From assembly GCF_009914755.1 (NCBI RefSeq), contig NC_060927.1: DNA of 64,000 bases; one strand, given 5' to 3'. Made by a program: the position numbers and the translations under genes. Origin of the DNA: the human T2T-CHM13v2.0 reference genome, Homo sapiens. The notes below the pieces were generated by a model. That model worked only from the letters and a program-made list of their open reading frames with translations. It was not told the DNA's origin and did no database searches. Of the stretch, positions 46,612-62,092 are shown piece after piece. Every line of letters begins with the position of its first letter. Within the stretch, counting starts at the first letter, position 1.

Positions 46612-48701
46612 CAGTCTCTCTTTTTTATACTGTCACGAATATTTTTTGGAAGATAATTTCTACTACTCCCAACTCTCTCCTGACAAGTTTCTTCCTTTTT
46701 AAATGGGTTCCAAGCTGGCCAGATTTCAAATGATCCTCCCAAAGTACGCCGGGACACCAGTGCGTGTGTGACAAAGATCTGCTAACCTGCAGAGGAGGCA
46801 GCACGTGGAACAGGGCTGCCATCCACGCCATTGCTACTGCCAGGCAGGACGTCGTTCACAGAAAAGACCCCACTTAAGCATATAATTCAACAGGCAGAGA
46901 ACTATTTTGGCACGAAAGCCAGAAAATCTGACAAGCTCTATAATCTAAAAACTGGAAGTAAAGATATAATTAAACCATTAGGAATGTTAATGGTAATCAT
47001 TTAAAAATGTGGGGCCAGTCCCATTTCTATAGATTTACTGTAATGAAGGGAAACTGTGAGCTGGGCATGCACAAGACCTTCCCACTGGTTGCATTTGTGT
47101 TCACACAACCCCATAGTGGGTGGCTGCAGTCTCACAGCTGGTTCAGAGGGCCCGGGGAAGGAGAATGACCTGGAAGTCATGCATTAAGCCCTTGGTGGCA
47201 GTTCAAGGAAGAAGATGGCCACGCAGACCTTCATTTCCATGGGCAGGGCCTGCCACCTATCAGAAGGGTCAGATGATGGCACTTTCACTCCTTTACATCT
47301 CCCAGAGATTCCTCAGTACCCAGAGAAAGGAATGTGGATGGGAGGCCAAGGGCCTAGGGTGTCTGGCCTATTCTCCACAGTTCAGGCAGTGGCTTCTGGC
47401 TGACCAGAACTATGATTCTGTCTCCATCTGAATCACCTACATGTTCAGACTGAACCCGACCATGAGACTGAAAGCTTTTCAGATGCACGGCTGCCACTTT
47501 TAACAACATGAGCTACACTGAGGAATAGCACTGAAAAAACCCCTCAACCCGACAACAGGCTATTGAGAATTCCACCTTCTGCTGTCCCAATTCAGGGAAC
47601 ACAGAATGGGGACACTGCTGGGCACGTGTGTGTGACAGTCCCTGTGTGTTGGGGACGAGGGGGGTGTGGGTGCTGCTGGGCCCTCCTTTCTTTAAGAAGA
47701 TGGCCAGCCCTCTTGGGGCTCTCTTCCCCTCTGGGGAGAGAACTGTGGAGGACGACAGCACCAGATATGCTCTCTGCCTGGGCCAAGTCTCCTTGGTTTC
47801 TCTAAAAATCAGAGGTGTGGTTACAGTCACTGACAACCTGGAAAGCGCCAGCTTCTCCAGGTCCTCACCCCTCATCAATGTATCTTGCCCTTTTTTGGCT
47901 CCCTCCACCATAACCAATTTTCACCAATTTGGGGGTGGAATGTAAACAGGCCTTAGACATCTACTGAGTCCTGCAGGGACTGTGTTGTACTAATCCTGTA
48001 TATATTGCAACTACAGCAGAACAGGAGAGGAGCACCTGGCCAGGGCACCCCAATATGAGGAAACTCCTGGGGTCAAGCCTCATGAGCCACAATTTAGGCT
48101 ATGTGTGCAACAACGCAACAACAGATGAGGCCCATGAAAAGGAGGTGTTACTTTATATAATACATGTGTATCATCAACTTGCCACTAAAGATTAAAAGAA
48201 CGCTACCTTGTTTAGAAAGAAAACCAAATTTGGTAAAGGAGACTGCATGTCAACAGCAACCTCTCCTAATTCTGCATTTTCTTCTGATAAATACAAAGCT
48301 TTGGAAAGTTGGAAATGTGCAGCTGGCCAGAATGAACTGTACACTCTGGCCTCAACAGTAACAACCTGAACCACTGAGAACATCCAGAGCTGCTGGCTCA
48401 GGCCACAGCACAGTGAGGCCAGCAGGCACCAGGGTGACTCGCATCAGGAGAGGTAGTCTGTGTGCCATCTTGAACCTGGGTGAGGAGTCAATGGTTTGCA
48501 GGGAATCTTTTAATCATTATTTGAGATCCACCCTTTTCTCCGGTCTACAAGAGGTTAGCTGCCTTAGAAAAAGAAATTATGTTAGACTTTAACTGAGCCA
48601 AGTTCTCTTACCAAAAGGAGGCTGAGACTGCAAGGGGGAATTACTTAAGGTAAAGAAAGCAGACTTCTGTTGGGAGGAGAGTCCTTCCCTGCTCTCTGAA
48701 A

Positions 48702-49011
48702 GAGGGGTCCCCAACCGCCACCTGTTGGAACAGAGCTGCACAGCAGGAGGTGAGTGGTGGGCAAATGAGCATTACTGCCTGAGATCTGCCTCCGGTCAGA
48801 CCAGCAGTGGCTTTAGATTCTCATAGAAGTGTGAACCCTGTTGTAAACTGCACATTCAAGGGATCTAGGTTATATGTTTCTTATGAGAATCTAATGCCTG
48901 ATGATCTAAGGTAGAACAGTTTCATCCTGAAACCATCCCCTCCACCGCCCAGGGAAAAGCTGTCTTCCATGAAACCGGTCCCTGATGCCAAAAAGGTTGT
49001 GGGGACTGCTG
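48702..49011. mobile_element. MER1B-like hAT-Charlie element
   Basis: Termini aggggtccccaacc / ggttgtggggactgctg; near-identical 8-bp TSD ctctgaaa / ctctaaaa. Confidence 0.85.
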
Positions 49012-50803
49012 CTCTAAAAGACAGCTGGCTCTGGGGTCAGTGTTTTCTCTTTCCTCTATCTCTTTCAAGACCAAGATGAAAAGCTCACAGGAGTGGGTTT
49101 CCCTCAGGAACGCTATCATCATGGAGGCTGCGTGTGGTACCCAGGCACTGCCACTACACCAAGAGCTCAGAAGGAAGAGGCAAAGCTCAGCACTGGTTGG
49201 CTACCAGAGCATAAAGAGACAAACATGCAGACAGATGGAGGCTGCCCTGGGGAGTGGTTCCTGGAAGGAAGCCCTGCTTCCTAGAGAGGTTGGAAGTCTT
49301 GCAGGAACTCTCAGGTAAGAACGCCTAGATTTTTGTCAGTGTGGAAGCAGCTTGTTATGGATCTGATTTCATAAAAACCTCCCTGCCCCTTTCCCAGTCA
49401 CCCAATATGGTACATATCTCCTATTCATTTGACTATGGTGAATTCAAATAAAGCCTGTGGTGCCCACTGGGATAATATGTGTTAGTTACTCCGGGTGTGG
49501 TAAAACTGCAACTGTGAACTGCTGCTCTAGAGACTGGAAAATGAAACTCTAAAAAAAAAAAACAAAATTAGAAAGGTGATAAACTACCAGTTAATTTTTA
49601 TTACTTAGTAGTTTAGATGATTTCACATTTATCATCTGTTTGAAAATCAACCACTTTTTACATTTGAAGAGAGATGGCCTCTGGTCGCTATGATTCCAGC
49701 ACTAGAGAGGACTCAACATGAATAAAGAGTGGAAAATGAATCATGAAGCAGAACTGTATCCAAGAATTTCTGCAAGATAAACACTCACATGAAATCTGGA
49801 TGTAGTTTTTTTCTCACAATGCATGAAATGCAATTTTCCACAGAGGGACACAAGCATGTCGCTTTGTTAGGGTGATTCATTCCGATGATGCCATGCAATG
49901 AGGAGAAGTCCAACCCTGTCTGATTTAACCTGGGGTTTAGGGAAGAATACAGTATCTTTTCTAGATTAAAATAAGATTCAGAGTTACAGTGGTTATAGAA
50001 ATAGCAAAATGAGAAGAACCACTAACACTGTATGTCGTTGGTTATAAGAAGATCTTTTGGTATATAGAAATCAATCATAGGATTTATAATTGAACATCAG
50101 AATTCCAGCAAAGGACTAAACTCCTCATCCTCAGAAAGTAGGGCTCACTTCACAGAGACATCAAACATGTCTTTTTCTCTGTCACTGAATACACTGATAG
50201 GCACATTTGATTATCCATATACTTAAATCTTCAGCAGTACTATTAAAATAATTGGAAACCATCTTGAAGAGAACACTGTGTCCCAATCAGTGCTCAACAA
50301 GAAAATGAAAAATTTAGAAAAAAATAAATCTATTATTATTTTGTTATGTTTCTAGTTAACTACCAATCCCTTCAAAATGAAGTTAAATGTCTATTTTGAT
50401 ATAGTAACCAATGCAAAAATCTTTTTATCATGTTTTTCAAATACTGTAACAAGCAGTTCTTAAGACACAGAAAACTACAATCAAGGTAAGGCCTTTAATG
50501 GCTTTTTTGTTTTCCATTCAGTACTTTCCCCAATACATACTTAACCTAGCCTGGTATTCAGTTTCAAACCCACATGCTAAGAAGGGCTGCATTTTGGCAA
50601 CTGTATTGAGAAGGGTTCATCTTTATTCAATTACTACTGGAAAAAAATTCCTTTTGATAGTCAGCATTCAATAAAAACCAAGAATTCCCAATAAATGAGA
50701 TTTACATTTACTTGGATATAGTGCAAAGACAGTCAAAGATATTTAGTTATTGTAGAGCCAAATTTTAAAACATAATTAAATATACGCATAACTGTTTACT
50801 TAC

Positions 50804-50982
50804 TTGGAATGTAGGAGATCATTATTAGAATCAGGAATGCATAGTAGTCAAAAGAGAAATTGTATTTGTTGGGTAAACTGATGGAATATAGGCCAGCTTG
50901 TCTGACAAAGGGCAGAGCTGCATATATTGTGAGCAGTTCTCCTGACACTCCCATTGGGTACAGCACAATGAAAAGTGTGTAC
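50804..50982 (-). CDS. HACD2: HACD2 penultimate coding exon (179 nt): (R)[17 protein letters not shown]...ILIMISYIP
   Basis: tttag acceptor and GTAAGT donor; carries the conserved catalytic Tyr...Glu motif (LYPxGxxxE) of PHS1/HACD dehydratases; overlaps ORF-track 50796..51005. Confidence 0.97.
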
Positions 50983-52848
50983 CTAAAACAAAACAAAATA
51001 TTCATTACTGAGGCTCAAAGTCAGCTTTAGAAGGAAGCTGCACTTCCCACCCTTCTAATCAGTACTGGTCTTTTAGAAAATGATTGTTTATACATTTTCC
51101 TGTTTACCTGCTACTCAAATTCAGGTTTTACAAGCCAGTTTCTGAAACCAGCCTACAGCAGGTATATGTTTCCAAATGTTCTAACGACAAAATAAAGGCC
51201 GTTCAGGCAGCCTCAAAATTTGGTCTGACAAAATAAACAACTCTTCAAAATTATGCTCTAAAATAACTAAAGTGATGCCAAATGTTGGTAAAGTAGGGGA
51301 ACTGAGTCATGGTTTATACTGACGGGTCCTGCCCTGTGGGTCTTGGGATGGGGTTGGGGTGGTAGTGGCGGAGGTGTTGGAACATGTGGTCTAGGAATTC
51401 CACACCACACACAAAGACTGAACAACAAAAAAAATAGCATAAGCATCTGTATACTGCTACTATTTTTCAAATGTTTGTACATGCTATTGTGAAAAATCAA
51501 ATATATACAATTAAAAAAATTTAAAATTCATAATAGCTTTTGGTTACTATGTAATTTTCCAATCAAAACACCCCACAATTACAATTATCGTCACATGGGA
51601 GGGGAATCTGCATAATTGTTTTCTCTTTAAAAAGGAGTTCTCCATATTCCACAAAGAATTCAGAGAGCAGTCACTGTCCCATGGAACTGTAAGCCACTAT
51701 AAGTATTGCTAAAGGAATCATCAGCTCAGACTTTAAACAGCCTTTGGCTGTTTGTGGCTCACAATGTGCAACGGACTACAAACTTCTGGGCACAGGAATT
51801 GTGATGAAAATCTCTGAAGTGGAAGGGAAGACATATTCCCCACTGCCAATTTTAGCCACACTAAGTAGGATGGTGGAAAAAAATCTTTCAGAGGCCATGG
51901 AGAACAGTGGATGAAAGAATCTTTCTCCAACAGTAAAATCAGGCCTTGGTCAACAGACTTCCCTAACAACCAGGGTAAAAAGCTTCCACAGTGGCTGTCC
52001 AGGTTGGTTAGTAACTGCTATGTTTCCCATTCTTCCCCTTTCCTAATAAAAATGTTCATTGCAAATGAGAAAAATAATAAAATAACAAAGGAGTTCCCAT
52101 ACTCAAAATGTTGGAAACAATCGGATTATGTCCCTAATTTAATTACTGAACTCATAAACACTCTAGGAACCACTGCTTTCCTTCCACCAAATAAGGCATT
52201 TCGGCTCCAGGGACTTGGATCCTTCTGCTTTGTCACTCTCCCTCAAAGTCCTTCCCAGCTCAGAAAACTGCCTACAACTGTCTCATGGACTCATTAAGGT
52301 AAGCAGATGAACTACTAGCCTTTTACCAAAGTCATCATTACTTGTAAAAACAATCAAAGCAAAACAAAAGTGATAAGCTAAAACTGACATGTAATGTTTG
52401 TCATTACCTAAAAATTAATTTAAGAGTCACAACTTCTTGGCAAAATTGAGACTAGGAGAATAGGACTTGGTCCAAAAAAACCCATCACAATGGCAGAAGC
52501 TCATCAGTAAAATGTGACGATATGGACAAAAAAGGGATGTTACGGCAAATCTCTATTGATTGCTACTTGGTGATGAAATTTTTTAAAAAAGAAAATACTG
52601 CATAATTTAATTGAAAAGAACTGATCCCAATTAAAATAATTTAAGTAAAATATAAAAACCTTAAAACAGTATTTCCGTTAGTCAAAGTTAAGTACAGACT
52701 CCTATTCTGATGAAATCTACAGACAAAATTTCTACCCAACCCGTCTCAATTTTATTTTTAGAAACTTTGAGGCAATATTTAGGCAATAAAGGGCAAATTC
52801 AATGACAGATCATTTCAAAAGTGAGCCTTTTGAAATGTGCTTTTTTAC

Positions 52849-52970
52849 CTGGCCCATTTGATGAGGTAAGGCAGATGGTTTAATAGACTGAATGTATAAA
52901 AGGAGTAACGGATGATTTCCGTGATCGTCCATGCAATAACAAACAGGAGGACACTGTCTTCACTCTGTAC
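52849..52970 (-). CDS. HACD2: HACD2 internal coding exon (122 nt): [40 protein letters not shown](R)
   Basis: cttcag acceptor and GTAAAA donor; WxxxEIIRYxFY motif of the PTPLA/HACD family; phase-2 junction fits the next exon. Confidence 0.97.
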
Positions 52971-53281
52971 CTGAAGGAAGAGGAAAACAAAAGAAAAAAA
53001 ACACACAGACAACGTTAATGAAGACAGTGTGCAGCACCCGGCAGAGCCAGGGAGTGAGTCGGCACAGCCGCTGGTCTCTATCTTCAGGACCCCTGTATGG
53101 CAGAAAGAGCTTGCGTGTAGAGCTGGGGCCTAGGATGACAGCTGTGTACATCCCAGAGATGAGGGCCAAGTGCAAAGGGCCTCAGTCACCAGGAGTGAGA
53201 GCAGCAGGGTGGGGGTAACAAACACGAGGGGTGGGGATTTACAGGTTTGCCAGCCTCATGCGGAGAATGTGGACTGATGTC

Positions 53282-53667
<386 letters not shown>

Positions 53668-55199
53668 TTAGAGACTTCTTCCCCCAGAGGCCTGCATTAA
53701 CTCCTCCATGATTAGGGAAGCTTCCATGCTGTTCCCAGGAGGCAGTTAGAGCCAGAGAGCTTTGAAATCCCCAGTCTCCTCTGAAGTTGTTTTTATGCTG
53801 AAAAAAACAGTAAAGGTTTAAAAGAGCCCCTAGGTGATTTTTAGGAGGTATTCCCTTGTGTTGAAAATTTACTGCCGTGGTTTTAACTTTCAGCACCTCC
53901 CCCAGTCCCTTCCCAGCTGGGTTTGTAATGACCTTTTGTGCTTGAAAATCAGCAAGAAACACCCTTGCACCCCAATTTATATTAGTTTCCATGCATCAAA
54001 AAAAAAAAAAAAAAAGACCGTCCAAGAGTGGGATGTAAATAAGAAATCCCACCCCATAAACCGAACAAATCTTGATGACAAGATGGACTTTCTGTCCCAC
54101 TCCTAATATCTAATACAGCAAGGGAATGGCATTCTAGCCTTAACTTTTGCTTCTTTCCATTTGCAATGTTAATAGTTTTTAGCACTTATGTTCTTCCTCA
54201 GAAAGTGTACATGGAGCGGTCCACCTACACAATGAAATAAGTAGTCATTTACATATCTATTAACTAAATTGCTCTGACAAAGAATTTCATAAATGCAGTT
54301 ACTATTCTCTAAAAATAATAAGAATTTTATACTGTCAAGAGCAAGAGTACTTTCTGTTTTCCTGGTGCTCTCATATTAGCCAAAGAAAAGCAAAAGCTAA
54401 CCACCTCTAAAGCTTTCATGGTAAGATTTTTCAGTCTGTCTCCAAATCCTTACTTGAATCCATCTATAACAAAATATAATATAAATATAAAAGCACACTT
54501 TGCTTTCTGATGTATTTTATAATCCTCTTTATCTTAAGGAGATATGTTTTTACAGCTAAGAGTGGAAGCCTTGCCTAAAGAGCTCTGGGTTATAATAGGA
54601 AGTTCCTCTAATATTTTGTACTGTAAACATCTTCAAAGCAGGGAACGTGTTTATTCATCTTCTGTTTTCCAAAAACACTTTGTGCTTTTCACAAGTAAGA
54701 GCTCAATAAATAATTGCGGAGCAAATGAATTCAGTCCTAAGTGGGTTACTCCGAGACTCAGTTCCCTTCTTTATGGTGCCTGATAGTTTCCGTGTAGTCT
54801 TAGTGACCTTCAAATAGGTAAAAAAAAAAAACAAACAAAACCCAAAACCGCCCAAAACCTCCTGCTTTGACCCAGCCTAGAGATTGGTTATTATTCACCT
54901 CCCATCCGTCCCCAAGTTAGACCTCAGCCAAAAGAACTATGACAAACTCAGACTCAGGCTAAGTATGAAAGCAGTCTGTTCCCAGAGCCCAGCTGTGAAG
55001 ACGATGGCATAAGTCTTTTAAAAAAGACTAGGGATGCAGGAAATGACCATTTTGTGCAAAATGATTTCTTCCAATCAATAGGAAATGCAACATTGTTATC
55101 AAGAAGGGATTTGGATAAAGAGATTGACCTTATGTGATTTATAGATAATTATACAACCAATAACTCAAAATGGACAAATGTAATGCATAACTTAAAACC

Positions 55200-55740
55200 A
55201 GCATGATCAATGAGACTCGAAGAGATATTTGTACACTCATGTTTATAGCAGCATTATTCACAACAGTCAAAAGGCAAAGAAACCCAGGTGTGTACTGATG
55301 GATGGATAAGCAAGATGTGGTCTATACATACAGCGGGATATTATTATATACATACAGTGGAGTATTATGCAGCCTTAAAAGGGAGGAAATTCTTACACAT
55401 GCTACAACATAGATGAACCTTGAAGACATCATGCTAAGTAAAATAAGCCAGTCACAAAAAGGTGAATACTGTGTGATTCTACTCATATGTGGTACCTAGG
55501 GTGAGGCAGAGACAAAGAGTAGAGACAGAAGGTTGCCAGCAGCTGGGAAGATGAGAAATAGAGAATTATTGTTTAATTGGTATGGAGTTCCAGTTTGGGA
55601 GGATTAAAAAAGTTCTGGAGATGGATGGTGATGATGGTTGCACAACAATGGGACAGTATTTATGCAACTGAACTATACACTTAGAAGTGGTAAAATGGTA
55701 AATGTTGTATGTCTTTTACCACAAAAAATAAATGAAAAAA
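55200..55740 (+). mobile_element. L1MA/MB 3' end
   Basis: atgtttatagcagcattattcac...catgctaagtaaaataagccagtcacaaaa...gatggatggtgatgatggttgcac. Confidence 0.85.
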
Positions 55741-56713
55741 CCCCCAAACCCACAGTAACATAAATTTAATAAGTCTAAATGTAATTACATGACTTAGCAA
55801 CAACAAAATGACTCCAGATCAGAATGGAGAAGACCCACCTTATGAAATCAAGAGATCTGGAGTTTTTGGTGAACCATAAGCCTCACAGGAGCCAACAGGG
55901 TGTGAGGTGGCTGTTCAAACAAACAACACTCCAGGATTCAGCCACATTAACAGTCTTATCCCAATTACTACACTGTAAATAGATGAGACCCCATTTAGGG
56001 AACAGAGTCTGCTAGAAGAACTCTTCAACTAGCAGAGCTGACTTTGGAAAAGGAAAGAGAGGGTAAGTACTTTAAAATATGTAAAAGGATACCATGAGCA
56101 AGAGGCATATGGACATGAGACTAGTAAAACTGGCAGGGAGTAAAATGCTGGGTTCAACCTAAGAAAAACTGAGTAACAAACCAGGCGACTAATCACATTG
56201 GCCACCGCACAAAGTTGTGTGCTTGTAGGCCCTGGACATATCCAAACCAGGACTGCCCAGGAAGGTCCTACCAAGGACAGGGGGCTGAGCTGGCCTGGGG
56301 CGGCCAGGGCTGCTGCTGTTCTTTGGAAAGATGCGTGCCCATGATCCCTCCGCAGGCAAGGCGTGAAACGCTGGCTAATACTGACTTCCTTGCATGAGCT
56401 GAAATTATTCTAGTTGGTGAAAAAAATGGGTAGAGGCTTTGATAATCTTCTTAAAAATAATTTTTTCCTTCATCCAAAAGGCCAGAGAGGAGAGAATAAC
56501 TGACAAGCTCTCCTGTCATCATTGCTGACTGCTGAGCATGTGAAACGTGAACAGTTCTCTGGCAATTACTCCCTGCTTGATGGCAAGGTCTTCAAGGGCC
56601 CAGGTCTCATCATTTGGCTTCCTCAGTCCTGACAGAGGTCTGGACACAGGGATGTGTGGAATCAATGCCCCTTAAATTGGATGATAACTTATATTTTTCT
56701 TTTCCTCCCCATT

Positions 56714-57128
<415 letters not shown>

Positions 57129-57277
57129 TAAGAAAAGCTAATTTAGCTCAGGAGGGGTTTTTTGAGGGGCAACGGATTTGGATTATAAGAAGTTCTACTC
57201 AGCTGCTTTTTGAATTTATAACTAGAAACATATAAACATATGATTTTATTAATTATCAAGAATAAGAGGCTTATGAC

Positions 57278-57563
57278 TGAGTGGCTCTTGCCTATAATCT
57301 CAGTGTTTTGGGAGGCTGAGGCAGGAGGATCACTTGAGGCCAGGAGCTGCGATCAGCCTGGGCAGCATAGTGAGATTCCGTTTCTACAATAAAATTAAAA
57401 AGTAGCCAGGGTGGTGGTGCACACCTGTGGTCCCACCTACTTGGGAGGTGAGGTGGAAGGATTGCTTGAGCCCAGGAATTTGACGTTAAAGTGAGCTATG
57501 ATGGTGCCACTGCACTCCAGCCTGGGTGACGAGCAAGACCCTGTCTCTTAAAAGAAGAAAAAA
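57278..57563 (+). mobile_element. AluJ-like
   Basis: Diverged dimer. Confidence 0.9.
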
Positions 57564-57569
57564 GGAGGT

Positions 57570-58207
57570 TTAATAAGTCTGCTCAAAGATTTTAATGCAA
57601 ATGTTCATAGAGTATTAGTCATAACTGAAAAGTGAAAACAACCCAAATATCCATCAACTGGTGAATGGATAAACGACAAGTGATATATATATATACCTGT
57701 ACAGTGGAATACTATTCAGCAACATAAAGGTAAGAAATATTGACACATGCTACAACACAGACAAGCCTCCAAAACATCATGTTGAATGAAAGAAGCCAAA
57801 AGCAAATCATCATACATTATATGATTCCATTTATATGAAATATCCAGAAAAGACAAATCTAGAGACAGAAAGTAGAATAGTGGTTGCCAGGGGCTGGGAG
57901 TGGGAACTAATTATAAAAGGGCATAAGGTCTCCATGATGTGCTTATTTCACATTGCATCCCTGTATCAAAACATCTCATGCACCCCATAAATACAGATAC
58001 CTACTATGTACCCACAAAAATTTTAAAAAATAAAAAAAATTTTAAAAAAGGGCATGAGGGATCATATTTGGGTGATGGAAATGTTCTAAAGTTAGATTAT
58101 GGTGATGGTTGCACAGCTTGGTACATTTACTAAAAACCATTTAATTATACACTTAACATGGTTGAATTTTGTAAATTATACTTCTGTAAAGTTATTTAAT
58201 AAAAAAG
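57570..58207 (+). mobile_element. L1MB-type 3' end containing a nested short L1MA-type 3' terminus (~57930-58045)
   Basis: Insert flanked by TSD aaaagggcat(a/g)agg. Confidence 0.8.
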
Positions 58208-58210
58208 TAT

Positions 58211-58310
58211 CTGGGAGGCTGAGGTGAGAGGATAGCTTAAGGCCAGGAGTTCGAGACTAGCCTGTGCAACATAGTGAGACCCCCCCTCTCTTAAAAAAAG
58301 AAAAAAAAAG
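58211..58310 (+). mobile_element. Alu monomer fragment
   Basis: ctgggaggctgaggtgagaggat...catagtgagacccc plus A tail. Confidence 0.8.
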
Positions 58311-59037
58311 GAGTTTGCTTTAAATACATATTATTGCCTTTTAAGATAAAAGGGGCATTTAGGGCAAAGAGGGAAAAGGGAGATGATGAAGATTTACCAA
58401 GGATTACTAAGGAGAAAAGGGAGACAAAAGCCAGGTTTAGGATAGGTTGCCAAAAATGTCATAAAGCCGTTTCAAAGTTGCATATTCAGAATGATGGGCA
58501 CAAATAGGGGAGCGGGTACCATGAAGCCCTTCCGGTTAGGGAATCTTTCTTTGCCTGGCACAGTGAGCTGTGTATTGGATACTCCATGCTGCAGACGGAA
58601 GGTTTCCACCCCCTGCTCTAAAGCGAGGGAGGAGGCGGCTGGGTGTAGGCGGCTTGTGTAATTTAGCCAAGGGAGTTTACATAGAAATTCAAGCTGGAGA
58701 AACAAATGGGTGCAAGAGAAAAACCTTTACACACAAATAGCATCATATGTTTGACTTTAAAAGGCACAGGGAGTATCAGTACATGAAAAGCTGTCATTTT
58801 TATTACAGTCAAAGAAAAACAGATGGTGCCACATAAGAAAACCACTATTGTAGAAACCCTATTCTTCTTAGCATTTTGGAACCCGCTGCTTACTGCGCTG
58901 GTTATTTCAAAGAAATTCCCTGACCAAGCTTTACAGCAAGCATTCTTTCCTCTTCTTAAAACCCCTTTCATTTGTGAAGAGATTTGGTAAAATCTAAGAG
59001 GGTAGGACTAGGCTTTGCTTTTGGAAAAACTGTACGT

Positions 59038-59393
59038 TTGTCTTAGTCTGCTCAGGCTGCCATAACAGAACACCATAGACTGGGGGGCTTAAACAAGAGA
59101 AAAGTATTTTCTCACAGTTATGGAGGCTGGAAGTCTGAGATCAGGATGGCAGCATGATTGGTTTCTGGTGAGGGGTCTTTTCCTGACTTGCAGATGGCCA
59201 CCTTCTAGATGTGCCCTCCTTCACATGGTATCTTTTTTCATAAGGGTGCTAATCCCATCGTGAGGGCTCCACCTCCGCATGACCTCATCTAAACTTATTT
59301 CCCAAAGGTCCCATTGCCAAATACCATCGCGCTGGGGGTTAGGGCTTCAAGGTATGAATTTTTTGTGGGAGGAGACATAATTCAGTCCATAGC
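59038..59393 (-). mobile_element. MLT1A-like LTR
   Basis: tgtcttagtctgctcaggctgccataacagaacaccatagactggg...attcagtccatagca. Confidence 0.85.
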
Positions 59394-59527
59394 AATGCTA
59401 TAGACTAGGTGTTGGCAAACTTCTTCTGTACAAGGCTAGTTAGTAAATAATTTAGGGTTTGCACCACATGTGGCTGTTGTAATATATTCATCATTGTTTT
59501 TTAAACCCTTTAAAAAATGCAAAAACT

Positions 59528-59700
59528 ATTAGCTGGGCATGGTGGCATGTGCCTATAGTCTCAGCTACTCAGAATCATCTGAGCCCGGAAAGTTAAGGCT
59601 GCAGTGAGCTGTGATCGCACGACTGCACTCCAGCCTGGGCAACAGAGCAAGACCCTGTTTCTAAAAAACAAAACAAACCCCACCAAACAAGAAAAAAAGT
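59528..59700 (+). mobile_element. Right Alu monomer (FRAM-like) inside a hAT MITE remnant
   Basis: Single right arm; TSD-like aaaaactatta; flanks resemble MER33/MER58. Confidence 0.75.
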
Positions 59701-59739
59701 AAAAACTATTATAAATTGCAGGCTAGATTTGGCCTATAG

Positions 59740-60088
<349 letters not shown>

Positions 60089-60289
60089 CCTGTGACTTCT
60101 TTAGCATACAAATGTTATTCTGCAACATTTCTCTGACAGATTGTGTGGGGAGGCGGGGAGAAGGGAGTCAATGTCTATCACCAATGGACACTATGGGGGA
60201 AAAAACAACCTTGTAAGAACATGTATAGGTAGGTTTTTCATCTTACCATCATTTTAATATCTCAGTAATTTCTTTGTACGTGTGGATAA

Positions 60290-61410
60290 TATAAAATAAA
60301 ATTTATCATTTAACAGTTTTAAGTGCATAATTCGTTGGAATTAAGTACATTCACCATATTGTGCAACCATTACCACTATCCATTTCCAGAAGGATTTCAT
60401 CATTCCAAACAGAAACTCTGTACCCATTAAACAATCACTCCACATCTTCCCCTCACCGCCCCCAGGTAACCACTATTCTATTTTCTATCTCTAAGAATTT
60501 GTTAATTCTAGGTACCTCATATAAGTGGAATAATACAGTATATGTCTTTATTTTTTTGAGGTGGAGTCTCACTCTGTTGCCCAGGCAGGAGTGCAGTGGT
60601 CCAATCTCGGCTCACTGAAACCTCCACCTCCCGGGTTCAAGTGATTCTCCTGCCTCAGCCTCCCGAGTAGCTGGGATTACAGCCACCCACCAACACGCCC
60701 AGCTAATTTTTATATTTTTAGTGGAGACAGGGTTTTGTCATGTTGGCCAGGCTGCTCTTGAACTCCTGACCTCACATGATCTGCCCGCCTTGGCCTCCCA
60801 AAGTGCTGGGATTACAGGCGTGAGCCACCACCGTGCCTGGCCTAGTATGTGTATTTCTATGTCTGGTTCATCTATGTGGTAATATGTATTAGAATTTCCT
60901 TCCTTTTTGTGTCTGAAAAATATGTCATTGTACGTATATACTACATTTTATCATTTGTTGATGGACATTTGGGCTGTTCCTATCTTTTTGGCTATTATGA
61001 ATATGCTGCTATGAACATTGGTGTATAAGTAAGTTTAAGTACTTGCTTTCAGTTCTTTTGGGTATATTCTTAGTAGTGGAGTTATTGGACCATATGGTAA
61101 TTTTATGTTTAACTTTTTGAGAAACTGCCAAACTGTTGTCCACAGTGGCTGTACCATTTTACATTACATCCCTACCAACAGTGCGCAACAAGAGTTCCAA
61201 TTTCTCCACTGCTCATTTGCTGTGTTTTTTTTTTTGTTTTTTTTTGTTTTTTTTTTTAAATAATAGCTGTCCTAATGAGTGTAAAGTGGTATCTCACAGT
61301 AGTTTTGATTTGCACGTCCCTAATGACTAGTGATGTTGAGCATCTTTTCACGTGCTTATTGGCTGTTTTATATCTTCTTTGGGAAAATATTCAAATCCTT
61401 TGCCCATTAA
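60290..61410 (-). mobile_element. L1MB-type 3' part interrupted by an Alu (60548-60842, minus)
   Basis: gtacattcaccatattgtgcaacca...gctgctatgaacatt...taatgactagtgatgttgagcatctttt. Confidence 0.85.
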
Positions 61411-61644
61411 AATTTTTTTAGTATCTCTTTTTAATATTTATGGTGACAGCAGTAAAAATAATTATACCTAATTGTTACTGAGCTCTTACTATATGCCAAG
61501 CACTTTTTAACATATATTACCTCACTGAATCCCCATTTTACAGACAAGTAAAGTGAGGTTTACAGAATTTGAACCCAAGGTATGTCTCCTAAACCTGAAC
61601 AGCTCTGACTTGTCTTCTTGGGCTTGGGGTCTCACATGCATGTG

Positions 61645-61671
61645 AACACACACACACATACACACACACAT
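61645..61671. repeat. (CA)n microsatellite, interrupted
   Basis: acacacacacatacacacacaca. Confidence 0.85.
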
Positions 61672-62092
61672 TATGGGGTAACAATTATCTTTCAAAATCA
61701 ATAACTATTGGAAGGAACCCTATACAAGAAGAGCCTAGAGAACAGATAAGGTAAATGTGATGTTTACTTAGTGTCAAGAAAGCCATTAGTCCTCCAATAA
61801 ATGTTGCCTACCTCTGAAAAGGGAATAGAGAATAATAGGATTTGGACTTCAGGGACTGAGTAGAAGAGGTTCACCAAGAAAGACTGAGTAAAGCATAAAA
61901 AACTACAGGTCACTAGCACCCAGAGGTATCTTTAATATGTCCATGAAATGACTTCTAGTTGTGCATCAACTGACCCAAGTTAAAACACAACATAAGAACT
62001 TGAAACAAACCCTAACGAATTACCTAAAGTTAATGTAATCTTCTTCCCTGAGTCTTGTTTTGCTAACAATCATTTCTTTTTTGTTTTGGCCC

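Noticed and set aside
50983-51005. N-terminal MNILFCF of ORF-track entry 50796..51005
   Set aside because: Intronic read-through of the polypyrimidine tract; the real exon starts at 50982.
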